Shown: positions 35,701 through 49,698 of the stretch, one piece after another
Numbering within the stretch: position 1 is the stretch's first letter
How the letters are laid out: every line of letters begins with the position of its first letter
From: Styela clava
Lineage: Eukaryota
DNA: 64,000 nucleotides
Direction: 5' to 3'
NCBI RefSeq assembly: GCF_964204865.1
Contig: NC_135263.1
Coordinates: forward strand, 13,268,001 to 13,332,000
Program-made: the position numbers and the translations under genes
The notes under the pieces: model-generated
The model's database searches: none
Seen by the model: only the letters and a program-made list of their open reading frames with translations
Told to the model about the DNA's origin: nothing

Positions 35701-38700
35701 GTCGTGTTCAGGCACTCATTCACATCGTTTCTTGGATCAAACTTTTCACACCAGTTTACAGGACTTTCTGGAAATACTAATCTGAAATACGGGGATATTT
35801 TAATAAAGTTGAGACAGTCGTGCCACGAACAATAAATCTTCTTAATAACACACACAAAATATATATGCGAAAGAGTCTCCATATATATATATAGCGTGTG
35901 TGGTTTCAATATGAAAGCTGTTTTATCTTTCAAACAGTGCACGTTTTTGTCCTTAAATATAATCGCATCTTCAAAAAAGTGTGTCGGTTCTTTAGACGAA
36001 GAGAATATAAACTTTGGTAAAATTTGAATGCATTTTATCTGGTTATGAAAAGCGGATTATACAGGGTGTGCATAAAGTCTCTTCACAATTTAATAAATTT
36101 TTCCTTCGACGTTACCTTTTATATTATTCCTTTGCAAATGCAAATGATAAGAAATTATCGCAATTTCAATGAAAATGATGGAAATAAATATATATAAAAA
36201 ATACGAAAAAAATCTAACCTGCATCTGCAATGTGGCTCTAACCCAGTTGTTCTGGTATATAACATGAGTGGAATGCAGAGGACTAAGCAGAGTATCCAAG
36301 TACAAAGAGTGATCATATTGCATTTTTTATTTGATCTCAAGTTTTGTACAAATTGCTTTTGGCCATGGCAAACTGCAAGGTATCGGTCGATTGCCATGAT
36401 CTAAAAAATTATAGTTTCAGGTTATTATTCAATACACACTTTCCACTTGACTAGAGCATTTGCGAAATACATGCTGGATATGAAAATACACAGGTGCCGA
36501 TTGGAATACAACTAATCTTGGCGCTCCGGAAGTATTCGTACCAAGATGACGCACAACCGGAACAACGCTAACCTGGTTCACATACTATGTTCAGGTTGTG
36601 CGCCATCTTGGTATGAATACTTCGGGAGTACCTTAATCCTAATTGTTCTCAATTGTGAGAATAAAAGATACGATTTCCAGTGGTTTCCAACCTTATTTTC
36701 GAGTGACCCAATTTTTTTTTAAATAAATTTTGTAAAATCTCGCAGGACAAGCTCAAATACTAAACGACAACTTTGATGACTAATATAACACAATCATTTT
36801 TACATAAGATTTATTATCCCAAAAATGACCCCAAACTGGGAAGGCAGCGAATAATGGGAGGGAGTAAGTTTATTTCTATACATTTTGCACACAACCTAGA
36901 ATACATTGCCAATTGTGACCATATAGCAAATTGCAACGTTGCGCAATAGTTGTTAGCGCCACTTTTTCATATTTTACTTACAGAACACATGGAATAAACA
37001 GTATATATAGAAAATTGAGTGGATAAATTTAATTTTAGAAGTTTGCCAAGTGGTAAACGAGAAGAGGAAGGTTGAGACCCATTCTCTGGATTTAGTAATA
37101 TATATATATTTTATTTTATTTTTTTTTTTAATTTTTATCGAACCTCAAAATTTAGCAACTCTATATACGGAACAATTTGGATTATTTTACGGTTGAACTA
37201 ATTTCTTCGCCGAAACAGAAGATCGCCAATTTTGTGAAGTTTATGGCGAGCAGTCGTAGATAGTGTTAATATGCTCTACAGTGGCTTGGCCAAATTGGCC
37301 TTGCTGCATATTGCACGTTCTGATGGAAAAATTCGATATTCCATACAAATGCATGTGCTTTCTATACGCTTGAAATTTCCGTTGTGTATTTGGTAACCAC
37401 GGTTCCATTACATTTGAACCCGTAATTTGAACCCACGACAATTGCACCTGCATACTATTGCACCTATAAAAATTTGCACCTACGGATATTTGAACCCATA
37501 CTAACCATAACCCATGGATTTTAGAACCCACATATAGATTTAACCCGTGGATATACGGGTGCAAATGTATGGGCTCAAATGTACGTAGGTTCAAATGTGC
37601 TGTCACCGGTAACCACCATTGACAATTGTTGCATTTGCTTCATTGACGCAGAAATGTTTCAATGGCTTGTTATATTGATATCGGTTTTAGGTTTCAAATT
37701 CCATGCACTCGTGCATTGAATCAATCTCTTACTCATGGGAGCAGACACATTCAATTCCAGTGGAAGTCGGGGAAAGCCGGTCAAAATAAGGGCATGAAAT
37801 ATTTGATAATCATGCCTTATTACGTAAGGATTTGAAATTTGAATCCCATCTTATACAACATATGTACAACAGAGCCGTATTCTTCTATGTTGAAAATGGA
37901 TTAGTTTTGTACTAAAAATCATAGTATGAACTGCGTGTCGGGTGTTTTCAGGAAAGTAAGATATCCTATACTGTGGGCCTTTTCCGCCATACTTCAAGTT
38001 TCTCTTTACAAATTTTCTTTTTTTTTTGTATAATATCGTTATCTCGAATTTTTTTTCAAACTTTATTTAATCTATGTTTATAACCAAATCACCTGTTTGC
38101 CCACCAAGTAAATGCATAGATTCGCTAATGCATTTGCTAGTCGTGACATAGGGTAATTCTCACTCCACCAAACATAAGGGACGTCGCAAATTTACGACAT
38201 TTCATCCAGTATATTAGACACATGCAAGGCAAATAGTGCCACAAAAAATTTTCTTTCTATTTTATATGAAAATCACTAACAACTAATTTAATTTGAAATT
38301 ATAACTTACCATTAAAAACAAGATGGATGAAAAGTAATTGAAATACAATATTGCATAACACACGGTGCAAAACCACGACCCAAACGCCCATCCTTTATGT
38401 AGCAATTGAGTCACCCAAAACGGAACTGTTTGCAAAAATAATAGATCAGCGAGCGCCAGTTGCAGAACGTACCTGAAAAATAAATAAATAATGCATAACT
38501 TCCTGGTTAGATTTCCCGATATATTTAAATCACTTCCTCCTGAGAAACCCAACATATATGTCAAGAGCATAATTTTGCAATCATATTTTAACAGAACGTT
38601 TTAACTCAAGTGAGACATTTTTCAGAGAATCATTAATAGTTTTCTCAGAATACAAAATATACTGGAGTAGTTTGACTTTTGCGTATATAAAACCTTGCGC

Positions 38701-41169
38701 TACAAAAATACCGCCATTTTGAAACGTTGTCTTAGGTGTACAACATGCACTCACGTTTTTCATATTCCCCATAATGAATAAATCAATAAATAATTGCACA
38801 ACACTGATTAAAGTTTTTCTATAAAGCGATTTGGTAATTATTGATCAATATAATTAGGGTAAATGGTTCTCTTGCATCATGACTGTGGTATTTTTTCAAT
38901 GATAGACTTTTATAACTGTTAAATATACCCTTATTTTTTGCAACATGTATGTGAACAAAAACAGTCTATATTTGGCTTATAAATCTTAATCGATACGATT
39001 CAATACTAATACATGTAGTTACGGGATATCCTGCTGCAGTTTTGTGACAAGGGCGCGGGGAAATTTTACCAAAAGCCAAGCAATCAAAATTATTGTCAAA
39101 AAGATTTAGCCTCGTCCTAATTGTTAGTTGCATAATGATTTGATAGAGTTGCAATAAAACATTTGAGGCCAGTCTAAACAATAACATTAGTACAGTCTCA
39201 CAATTGAACGAACCCTTCTTTATTATAAATATGTATAAGTGATTCTAGGTTAGTTTGATTAGTTCTCTATATACGTTTTATATTTATGAAACACTTAAGC
39301 AACAATATCGATAAATAGTTAGTTTTTCGTTTCCTAAATGAGTAAAACTTTATACCTTATCGTTTAAATCTGACAACACTAGAAGATTATATATTACGCA
39401 TCATCGGAAAACGTATTTCTCGCACAAAGTTTTTATCTGAGAATATTAGACTGAAAAAAAACAAGAAAAGGGTGTGGAAACTAATTGTATTTTTTTTTCA
39501 AATTTTAATTGCAATACGACACAAATATGCTTGCTTTTTGTTAAGTGAGTGTAATACAATGTATTGTATTAGTTTTATAAAATATAATTTTGTAAAATTA
39601 AGAACTCAATATATCACGATTAGAAACTTGCACAATAATAAAGTACATAGACTCTGGTACATAGCTCATTTTTCGATTCCTATAATAAATAATATACGGT
39701 TTCGATATTTTTGCTTCTATGAAATTAATCATATCTCGTGCAAATACCAATCCAACGATTACATCACTTACATAATATTAAGTATAATTTAAATTCTATT
39801 TAATACATGAATAGTATTTTCATAATATTAAGGGGTGCATTTTTATTAATATTGTAGTACTGGTATATATATTTGTCAGTTATTCAAATGGTATTTTCCG
39901 TTGCAGGAAAATGCCAGCATGTTCTATGTCGAAATGTCTCAATTTTGAACCTTGGCAGTGATACTGTGACACAATTTTATCACGTTGTTTACGAAATGAT
40001 TGAAAACGTTTGTTAAATTTTACTTATTTTTATTCATAAGCAAGTTATGGCACAAAACCGCTTCTTTTGCTCCGGTTTTGTGAAGTAAAAATGCTTTTAA
40101 TTTAAATATGACCCTTTGTCTCAGTTGACACAATATCAATGGCATAATGTTTAAGTCATCCGTTTTTTGCATGGATTCATATACATTTCTAAATAATAAT
40201 ACCATTTAGAGGTTGATCACGGGAAGCATTTATAGCGCCATTGTGAATTTACTTCCTTGAATAACCTCATTTGTGCTCTGCGTTTTTTTTTATCACACCG
40301 TTCATATGAAAATTCAATCTATGGCAAGAATCTCAAGATAAGATTTGTCAAAATCTGCAGAATTTTCTGTTCCAAAACAATATAAATATTTTATATCAAG
40401 TGCATATACTATCGACATTAGGTCATGTGTTTTTGATTTTGACTTTGAGAAAGACCATTCCATCTTGAAATTTAAGCATATGAGCATATGATTTGCAAAT
40501 TAATTCCAAATGTTGTGTTCCTGTATTCTACTGTGAATCTAGGATAAAAAGCTTTCAAAATTAGGTTTTCAAAAACATTGCTAATCATCTAAATATGATG
40601 CATATAATGATATATATGTAGCACTGTGGTGTGAAAAAACAAGGAAGTAATTCTTAAATATATGCAGACGAAACTTGCGCATCCCAATGGTAGGGTAAAG
40701 GCCTCAGCTGGGCACGGTGTTTGCTGAAAATATCGGCGGACAATCGTGACGGATTAGGGTGTTACGTTCAACCACATTTAAATACTGAAAATAAATTTGG
40801 AATTAATTGTTCCCGATAGTTGCGGAGAAAAGCACACAACAACAACAAACCAAGAACGACTACTGCCTTTTTTCAAAACTACTCATATAGGTACATTTCA
40901 AGGCCAAAAAGCGCCTTTTTTACGAGAAAGACGAAAACATCAGGTTTTACATGAGACACCTCGGGTTCACATCGGCAAATATATTACTATTTGGAATACA
41001 TGTGCGGATATAATTTTTACAATAGCAATTCTTACCAATGCGTTATTTTCTTGTATTCTCCCAGAAACAAAATAACGAAGATAACGATAAGGTTTCCAAC
41101 GGTTCCGATTACATAAGTAAGCAATCTGACAACTGCTTCCGCTATTTCTCCGGAAGTATTCCCATCCAT
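32712..41169 (-). CDS. Class A peptide/chemoattractant-type GPCR (somatostatin/opioid/C3aR-like) with giant ECL2, 463 aa
   Basis: Exons 41036-41169, 38310-38472, 36219-36400, 35545-35781, 35088-35193, 34542-34814, 33575-33681, 32994-33142, 32712-32752, all phase-consistent. TM1 GTVGNLIV, TM2 QLALADLL, WAFGSWFC, DRY, TM5 FFVVP..ICY, TM6 FVVCWLPYH, TM7 YANSALNPFMY. Confidence 0.92.
33452..33555. mobile_element. ~105-bp palindromic MITE, family B copy 2 (Merlin-like)
   Basis: GG...CC ends; exact 8-bp TSD GAAAATTG at 33444-33451 and 33556-33563. Confidence 0.85.
33802..34116. mobile_element. hAT-type MITE containing a poly-G run
   Basis: CAGAGTTCCCCAACCTTTT...TTTGGGAACCGATG termini; G run 34065-34090. 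Confidence 0.55.
36520..36632. mobile_element. ~110-bp palindromic MITE, family B copy 3
   Basis: Same TIRs as other family B copies; degenerate 8-bp TSD CTAATCTT / TTAATCCT. Confidence 0.8.
37401..37607. mobile_element. MITE family A copy 2
   Basis: Homologous to 12076-12278; exact 9-bp TSD GGTAACCAC at 37392-37400 and 37608-37616. Confidence 0.85.
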
Positions 41170-41333
41170 CACGACCAGACAGTTGTACTATATAACCTAG
41201 CAAAGTGTTGAATGAATAAAACAGGTAAAGACAAAACGCACATTCAGTAAGGATTTTAAATATAAAAATGAAAGTTAGAAATCTTGTGCTGCATATATTA
41301 TATATCTATTGAAAGCTGTATAACTGGCAATAC

Positions 41334-41795
41334 ATACTATTAGTTTCGCATTTAGTTTCGCATTTACTTTTTGTTTTGTCTCTAATTGGGTCCTTTCTAT
41401 CTTTACAGAAAATATATACATAGTATTCATATGAATCAACTGTACAAACTACGTCAACGTAATAAACTTCGACGTTATAATACAACCCATGACATCACAA
41501 TTTCCATACATTTGCTGACTGAACTTTCATCTGCCTGAAATCGCCATTGTCAAGGCTATTGTAGTTGAAACGAGTATAACAGACTATAATACTATTAGTT
41601 TCGCATTTACACTTTCTGTTTTGAATCTCATTGAGTCCTTCCTATCTTTACAGAAAATATATACAGTATTCATATGAACCAACCGTACAAACTTTACGTC
41701 AGCGTCTTTAACTTTGACGTTATAATACAACTTATGACATCACAATACATTTGAGAAATGAGGTTATGGTCATGATTTAACTGAACTTTCATCTG
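41334..41795. repeat. Diverged tandem duplication (~200-bp unit, 255-bp offset)
   Basis: 41334-41533 and 41589-41795 share ATACTATTAGTTTCGCATTTA, CTATCTTTACAGAAAATATATACA, GACGTTATAATACAAC, ACTGAACTTTCATCTG. Confidence 0.85.
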
Positions 41796-43193
41796 ACTAG
41801 TTGCAATTCTACTATTTATATCTTACTACGTTATCATTCAATAGCCAACTTTAGCGATATGTCTGGAACTTATAAAACAATCACAACTTACTCGTTTCTA
41901 TGCAATTGTTTGATTGATTACCTTGACTTAGAATTTGATTCCAAACGTCCAAAATCAATTTTCCAGTTCAAAATTGTGACGCTACTAATTGAAATTTCAA
42001 TTTGAAGCTGTTTCGAAATGTTAAAATATCAAACAAACTGTGGCCTGCGTTACAGGGATTAGTGCCGTTTGTGAGATAACCAGCCGCGCAAATTAAGTAA
42101 ATATAAATGGTCCATAACTACCGACTATATCTTATAAAGCGACCGCTTCTATCTTTGCTTTTTCTTTATATGTACTAACTATAGATATTTGTATACCTGA
42201 GGTGAAAGCAGCAAAATTTCTACTCATTTTCGACGTAACAATTTATAGGTATCATTTTATTTATGCCATCATAATAACTTGTTATCCTAACATTTTCCCA
42301 GAAAAATGACACTGATTCCCATTCCCAAAATTAGTGGAGCTTTCAAAGTTACATTTGCGCGTCCAAAAGTCAACAATTTTTTTTTATGAATTAAATAAAT
42401 TTTCGTTACCAATAAATGATTACGGACGATGCCAGTTATTTATCGCAATTGAATTTAAAAGTAGCTCATACAACTCAGAATTGCCATGTAAAACTAAATA
42501 ATACGGGCCCTATACTACATCGTGTGGCTCCATCAACGTTCAATACTCGAACTGACTGTGCACCATCATGTATTTTTCCGACTGATACATAGAAGAGGTC
42601 ATATTCGCAGAAATTAAATACACCCGTTTGTTAGTTTTACAATTGATGAGCGTTTTCCATCGTTTCCTGGGATTCAAATCAATTTACCTGATAGATATCG
42701 TGTAGTGACACACCAGGAAGACTATTTTCTCGGTAACCTGTAAACCTATGTGAGTCAGCTGATGATGCTAGCTAAATAGAATTTAAAAACCATCCATCGA
42801 TGTTTCTTTCAGAAATATGTTGGTCCGATATATAGAATGGAAACAAAGTCTTGTACCATGATTCAGGGAAATGTATACAGATATTTGCGTATGTATGTTC
42901 TGCTTAGTACAATAACGTACGGCACATAATTCGTCAGCATTTATTGTACAACGTTTGTGACGTTTGGTGACATTTTCAGAAAGGCTCTAAATTTGTTAGA
43001 ATAATTACTTCATGTAATTCGATTCGTCTTTCCTACGTCGTTCCATTTCAGAATTAACGACAGGCCCAATTCAGAAACTATTTATTCAGGAGTCTTAATA
43101 GCTTGGCCGGCCCGACAATCTATGCGCTGTGTATATTGGGTATACTGAACTGTTAAGTTTGTCTCAAACTGAATATTAACTCCCACATATAAA

Positions 43194-43723
43194 TAAGGAT
43201 GCCAAGTATGAGTACTTACAAGTATTCGATTCTTTTCCGATTCCTAAATTTTCGATTCCGATTCTCGATTCCGAATCTCGATTCCTCGACATATTACCGA
43301 AAAAATATACCCACCCAAGCAATACCATATGAAATCAAGCAAGACAGCGATGTTCAAATTCTGGACGGACAAGAAGGCCGAAACTAAGTAGTATGGGTAT
43401 CCAATCTGCCACAAGAGACAAAACCGCACAAAAAAAAAACGAATCTCTCAGAACCCACAGAGATTTTTAAAATAAATAAACGTTAAAGCCTACTAGCGAT
43501 ATTTATAATATATATATTATACATAGTGAAGTTTGCGGTGTCGTAGCAACTCAACATAGCAGTGAAGCAGTTTATACATATAAATTGCCACAAAACGTTA
43601 CACATTGTTTGCAATCCAAGTTTCAAACTCGAGAATCGATTCCGGTGCATCGGAATCGATTCTAGTCGATTCCGCGAAGAATCGATTCTGTGATCGAATC
43701 CGGACTCGATTCCACCATCCCTA
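43194..43723. mobile_element. hAT (Ac-like) non-autonomous element
   Basis: TAAGGATG...CATCCCTA termini, subterminal CGATTC arrays at both ends, exact 8-bp TSD CATATAAA at 43186-43193 and 43724-43731. Confidence 0.85.
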
Positions 43724-46700
43724 CATATAAATGACTTTTCTAGTTCCTTTTCGGAGCGAGTATGTGAACCACCTCATGAGTCAAACGTCTGAACTAAATT
43801 CAAATATTTCTGTACGGCAAGCCAAATACTGAATGAGACGGTTATTTTTATAGAAATCGTGCGATCTTAACGTACTGGGAGAAATATCTAATCCTGGTCT
43901 TTTTACATTCTGCAATTATTTAAACTTACAAGATGTTTTATCGCTTCCCTGAAAAGCGAGGGTTACATTCGTATCTCTGCTTTTCATGCCACGCTAACTG
44001 TGGTTTTTTAAACGTGTCTATGTACAAATAGTCGTTAATTGACAACCTAATCATTTCTATGACTTTATCGAAGCAGATCGCATGAAATATTAATTAGTAT
44101 CACTTGCATGCGGGATCAACGGAATAAATAGGAAGCTCAAAAATGTGTATTCATTTAGAAACTTTATCATTTTTTGATTTAAATTTATTAATATAAATTA
44201 TTCTTGGCAAATGGAAGTGTTTAAAAAAAATCTAAAGACTAATCATTACTAGAATAAATCAACTTATTCCTAATATAATTTTTCTTCTCTTACAAAATTA
44301 ACTGAAACTGTTACTTTAAATGTAATAAACACATCAGCAAACTATAAAGCTATCTAAACCAAACACTTGTAGCGATATATTACAAATGCTCTTTTCATCA
44401 AGTGTTCGCGTAATATAAGACCATTTATTGTAATATATTTTAAAATGCGAAGATAAAACGCGTTTTCTTTTTTATATTGCAAATTGTTAAACCAATTCAG
44501 TTTATTCATAAATTAAGGGATTTTTATATGTTCGAATGTCATAGAAACTTAACATAAAATATGTTCTTTGAACATTATTAAAAATAGGTTTAAAAATATA
44601 TGTGTATTATAACTGTTATTGTTACGTAACAGAGACTATCGATAACCACGTAATGCAAGTATAATAAACTATATCAATAAACGCAAATGTCGCCATTTTA
44701 ATATTAATACCATTTTATCTCCGTGCATACTTGAATTCAGTTGATATCGAACGTGAACGTGCGTTATGTTGAACGTGCTTACGTAAAACTATTTGACGTT
44801 TTTATTGGGTGTGAAGATTAATTACCCTTAGTGCCATTATTGCTCGAAATGAAAAATCAATACCTTTTTATAATTATAGTAAAAATCTCAGAAAGTGATT
44901 ATACTTCAATGGTCCTTATATAGTATACAACATCATCACGACTTGAGTTTCTAAGCAGACTGTTGCATTATTAAACTGCATTAATGTGTCAATTGACTTT
45001 TTCTAGATTTTTATTATTTTTCTAAACTTTCGAATCGTAGTATCGACTGAAAATTTTTGATTAAGTCATTATCGGACTTTAGTTGTCGATAGACTCTGAT
45101 ATAGCTATCAAACAGGGTTCATATAATGTGATTGCTAAATTGGCGGGTATAAAAAGGAAGATTCTTAAATCCCTTCTAGCTTCTGGGAAGTGGGAATTTC
45201 CCCCTATTATATTGCTGATAACCTTTCACCTCTGGGCATCTAAAAATAATTTTGTTAACAAAATCCTAATATTACCTCAAAGTTGCCAGGTATTGAACAA
45301 ACAAAAAACAATGGAAAATTGTTTTGAGCTCATTGAAAACTAAACCTTTGACTATTATGAATCATTCTATCCCCTTTGGAGATTAAGCATTATTTATTTT
45401 CAGTGGTGAAACACATTCCTTGAGCAATTCAAATCTGCGATATATTGATTTACTGCCTCATACAGCACGTAAACCCAGTTATGATCTGTCCTCAAATATA
45501 GTGTGGATGAGTGGGTGCTATACGACGGGAAATGAAACAAAAACATCGAATGAAAAGCTAAGTGATCGCACAAAACTACTTTGATAGAGATTTATACCGG
45601 TGATTTTCTCAATTTTAAATATTTTTAAATATTTAAATATTTAGGTAAAAATATGCATAATATAAAGTATTCGGCATACAAATACTGACTCGAACTCAAT
45701 TAAACTGTGATTAATTGCAATTCACTTAAGAGAGGAAGTAACGAAAAGTTACTTCCTGTGAGCCACCTGTTATATATTACCTGTCTGATTTATTACTGTT
45801 TGCACACTTAAACTAGTCGAGTTCATAGGTTATAGGTCACAGTTAAAGTTCGATGCAAAATGAAACATGACATGCTGATGTTACAGAATATGATAATGTA
45901 TTCAAGTATAGCCTTTTCAAATGGTTTTATTCATTCCATTTTTTACTATACTTTGTAAGTATCAGTGACTATCATAAATATGAAATGCATTGTATGTATT
46001 CATGTTACTGCCAACGCATCAATCAAGCTAACACTATTCATAACACGTTACGTTATTCATCTTAGATGGATTCATTCAAATATGTACATAAGCTCCAAGA
46101 ATTTATTAGATATGAGACTAAAAAATGCCATAAATGCCAATCTTGGTACTGAATGAAATGTCAATTTACGATCATACAAATTGTACCGAAAATTTTCACG
46201 TGTTCATAACTGTTGGTTCGTTTCCAACCTTAGAGACAATCTTCGGATATTACGATCGTGCGCACATCAAGATATTTTTTTTATCTAGAAGGTCACCGAA
46301 AAGGGCTTAATTTCGGTTAATTGTTCCGATAATAAATAATTTATCCGCAATGAAAATGTTGTAAGATTTAAATGAGTTCGTTTTACTTACACCCTTAATT
46401 ATTATTGATGAAATTTAACAAATGTTGCCAATTCTGAATAGATACGCCACTTTCTTTAAAAAAATAGAAATGCGCAAATTGATCCGAAGTTGAAGTATTG
46501 TGATAAAGTTTCCACTCAAATCATTTCTTATTTTCGCGAAAAAGGAATTTAATAGAAATATGTCGTTATACTTTATTGTACTATAGATTTGGAGTAGTGT
46601 TTGTAATAAACTGAGAAATCTTGAGTAAGACAGAAATTCCCTTGATAATTGTTTGATAAAATGTAAAACCTAGCGAATAAATTTTTATACTGATTTTAAT

Positions 46701-48928
46701 TTAAATTTGAGGTTGATTATACATGTTTACTCGGTTACAAAATTCTAGTATAAAACATGCTAGCATTCAACTAAACAAAATAAATATTAATTCATTTCAA
46801 TCATCGCATTGCATCATAATTAGGGAAAACGAGAAAATAAATATATAATTTTATATTACAATATATATCTGTATAAAAAAATGTTAATACATGATCGTTG
46901 CCTTATCATTTGCATGTGATAAATTTTGATTTTACTAAAGAAGATATGTCAAAATGAGCAGGCTGGCGAATAACTATCGAACTTCCATGCTCTATAATAT
47001 TTTTATTTTCGGCAATTTTTCCTCAAGTAATGATCCAATCAATTTCGAATTTCCATTATTTAAAGAAGTCGCAAGAAGACTATTACTATTTAGTTTCCTT
47101 GGACCATAGAGATCCCTATATTTTGCCTACTAAAATGAATTGATAAAAAAAAAAAAAAACTATAACACAACTGAAAATGTTATAAATATGGCTAACATAC
47201 TTATGAATTCTGAAATATACAGTATTCAAGATCAGTGGTTTCCTATATATACCACCGTTGGACCTATTTTTCTGCCATCGTAAACGCCTGGCTACCGAAA
47301 CACGCGAAATTTTGTTGTGCAATCAGGTTTGTCTTCTGTCGGTAAATTGTGTGTTTATTGAGTACGTAATTGTCATCCGGCGACCGGGCTTTGGACTTTC
47401 CAGGCTCCTACAAGTGCGATTATTTTTTTTCATATTACCGCATTGATTACCCTTTTTTAAATGAAGAATTCCAGACCACCGTCAACAACAGTAAAAAAAT
47501 CGCTAAATATTTTTTGATTTATATTTTCATTTTCCAATAATATCTACAACGAACAAATATAATTATTATATTGAGATTTCTCACATCATAAACTGTTTCC
47601 AGGATTACGAGATTGATTTTTTTAGTCTTTCAATCTACCAATCTCCTGTTGCTTAAAATGAAGGAAAGAATTTACATTCCACCTATAATACAATAGTGAG
47701 TCTACATATGCCGTTTTAAAGAAATGTATAATCTAATTTTGAGGTATTTTACATGTTAACTCGGGACAGCCCTAATAGCCGCGTAGAGGCTACTGCAATT
47801 TTTGAAAAACGCGAATTGCTTCATTTTCTTTATCAATGACGTACGTGTGAAGAAAGTGGTGGTCTTAAACTGGACATGAGTTCAACCAGACATTGAAAAC
47901 GATAAATCTTGTCTGGGATGCAAATTTACTAAGAGACTGTTGTACAAGCGACTAACAAGAAGAACATCAAGCTCATTATCGTTACACAAGATCAATTTGA
48001 ATAATTATTCAGCTAATGACTTTTATGCAAAAGTACTCGGCAAAGAGTAACAATCTAATCAAACTTTATATATTATTCATTTCTGAGCCCATTAAAGTTC
48101 AATACTTCTCTACAACATGACAAGTCAATTATTTAGTTGTTTGATAAAGTTGATCAGATTTAGTGATGTTTTAAACTATATTACAAGGATTATAGCCTTT
48201 TCTGGAAGACATATTTGTTTCCCGTTTCAAAATTGAAAGATACGAGTTGGATAAACTAAACAAATATATATTATATACATGAATTCTAGATTGTAAATGA
48301 ATGGGAGCACAAGAATCAAAATAGTTTTTTAGTTATAATGGTATTATAAACAAAAAAGTTTCGCTCAAAATGAAAGTGGACTGTTCATCTAAAAAATCAA
48401 ATTATCAGACAGTAACGGGGGATACGTGTGCAACGATAATTTTTCAGTCATTGACTTGATGCCGGTATGAATGTCAAAAAATTTCACTCATTTTCACAAC
48501 TCAACTAGTCGCTTTAGAGACCACTTTAAAGTACTTATGCGTATAACAAGCCAATAGTTATACTGTTAAAAAAGTTGTTTATTTTTCAATTTCGTAGAAT
48601 TTATAAAAATTACATTGATAAAGACAACTATACATACTAATCCGACCTATTTTGCCTGGGTATATGATAGGTATTCTAGCTACATCTGATTTGCCACATA
48701 TACACAAGTCGATATGTATGATTTACATAATTTCGTGTTTGCTAATTGACTCCAATGTATGTTAATTTACTGTTTGTTGTTAACAGCACAATTGGGAATC
48801 GATACAACGAGTTTATGATATGTACGTGGTCATCGATTGGCTTATCAGGACTTTAAAGTGGTGCATTGTTCTTAACTATTCTAGGAGAGAACATTGCTTG
48901 CTTTTATAATCTAGTTTTTATTAGAAAA

Positions 48929-49698
48929 ATGCAGCTAAAAGAAGTCAGCAGAAGAACTTTGTTAGAAAAAGAAAATCTTGTTCTAATTTTTATACTTTTT
49001 GCTATTGTCTGTATGATTATTCACGGGGAAACTCTAATACAGATTCCAAGGTTTGTATTTTGTTAAATATGATTGAAATGAGAAAACTTAAATGATCTAT
49101 TAATAAAATAATATCAAAATTATGAATATGTATTAAATTCAATGTAGTTAACGCATTGAATACTTTTAAGGAAGAATGTGAAGAAAGAAAAAATGTTGCT
49201 ATATCATCTACTAAATTTTTATTACCTCATTCATAAAAACTATATCTTAGATTGCCGAACTCACTTTCTTTTTCACGGTAGAGTATGGTAGAGGTATGAA
49301 TCCGTTACAGGCCACCTTCTGTTTTCAGGTATTACACCATTGAAATTACTGACAACAACGGAATAACAAAATGGATTTTCGTTAAAGAAGAAAATCGTTT
49401 TGATAGTTTTGCTAAAGGCGAAGACAACAAGTTTTGGGAACCTCCTTGCGTAGCTGAAGATCAAAGTGATGTAGTTACTGCACCAATTGAAATTATGGAG
49501 GCATACGATGAAGATGTCCCTGGATCGTATGATTACCCCCCTCCATTGAAAGATATTTTTAATGACTCAACTAATTATGAGGAAAATGACACTGAGTTAT
49601 TCAATATTAAAGACATTTTAATCCCCCGCGACACTACGAAAAGAGAGCCGAATGTACTCAATGACCAAGGTACTGTTTCAAAAGACGATGATGCATAA
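48929..49698 (+). CDS. Candidate orphan secreted or signal-anchored acidic protein (163 aa, two coding exons)
   Basis: Exon 48929-49050 (MQLK...LVLIFILFAIVCMIIHG, hydrophobic) ends AG|GTTTGT in phase 2 and joins in frame to ttctgttttcag|49329-49698, a 123-codon open frame in very AT-rich DNA. Confidence 0.5.

Noticed and set aside
48929-49698. Orphan ORF as the GPCR N-terminal exon or as a gene nested in a GPCR coding intron
   Set aside because: It is on the opposite strand, and the GPCR start codon is at 41169 with an upstream in-frame stop.
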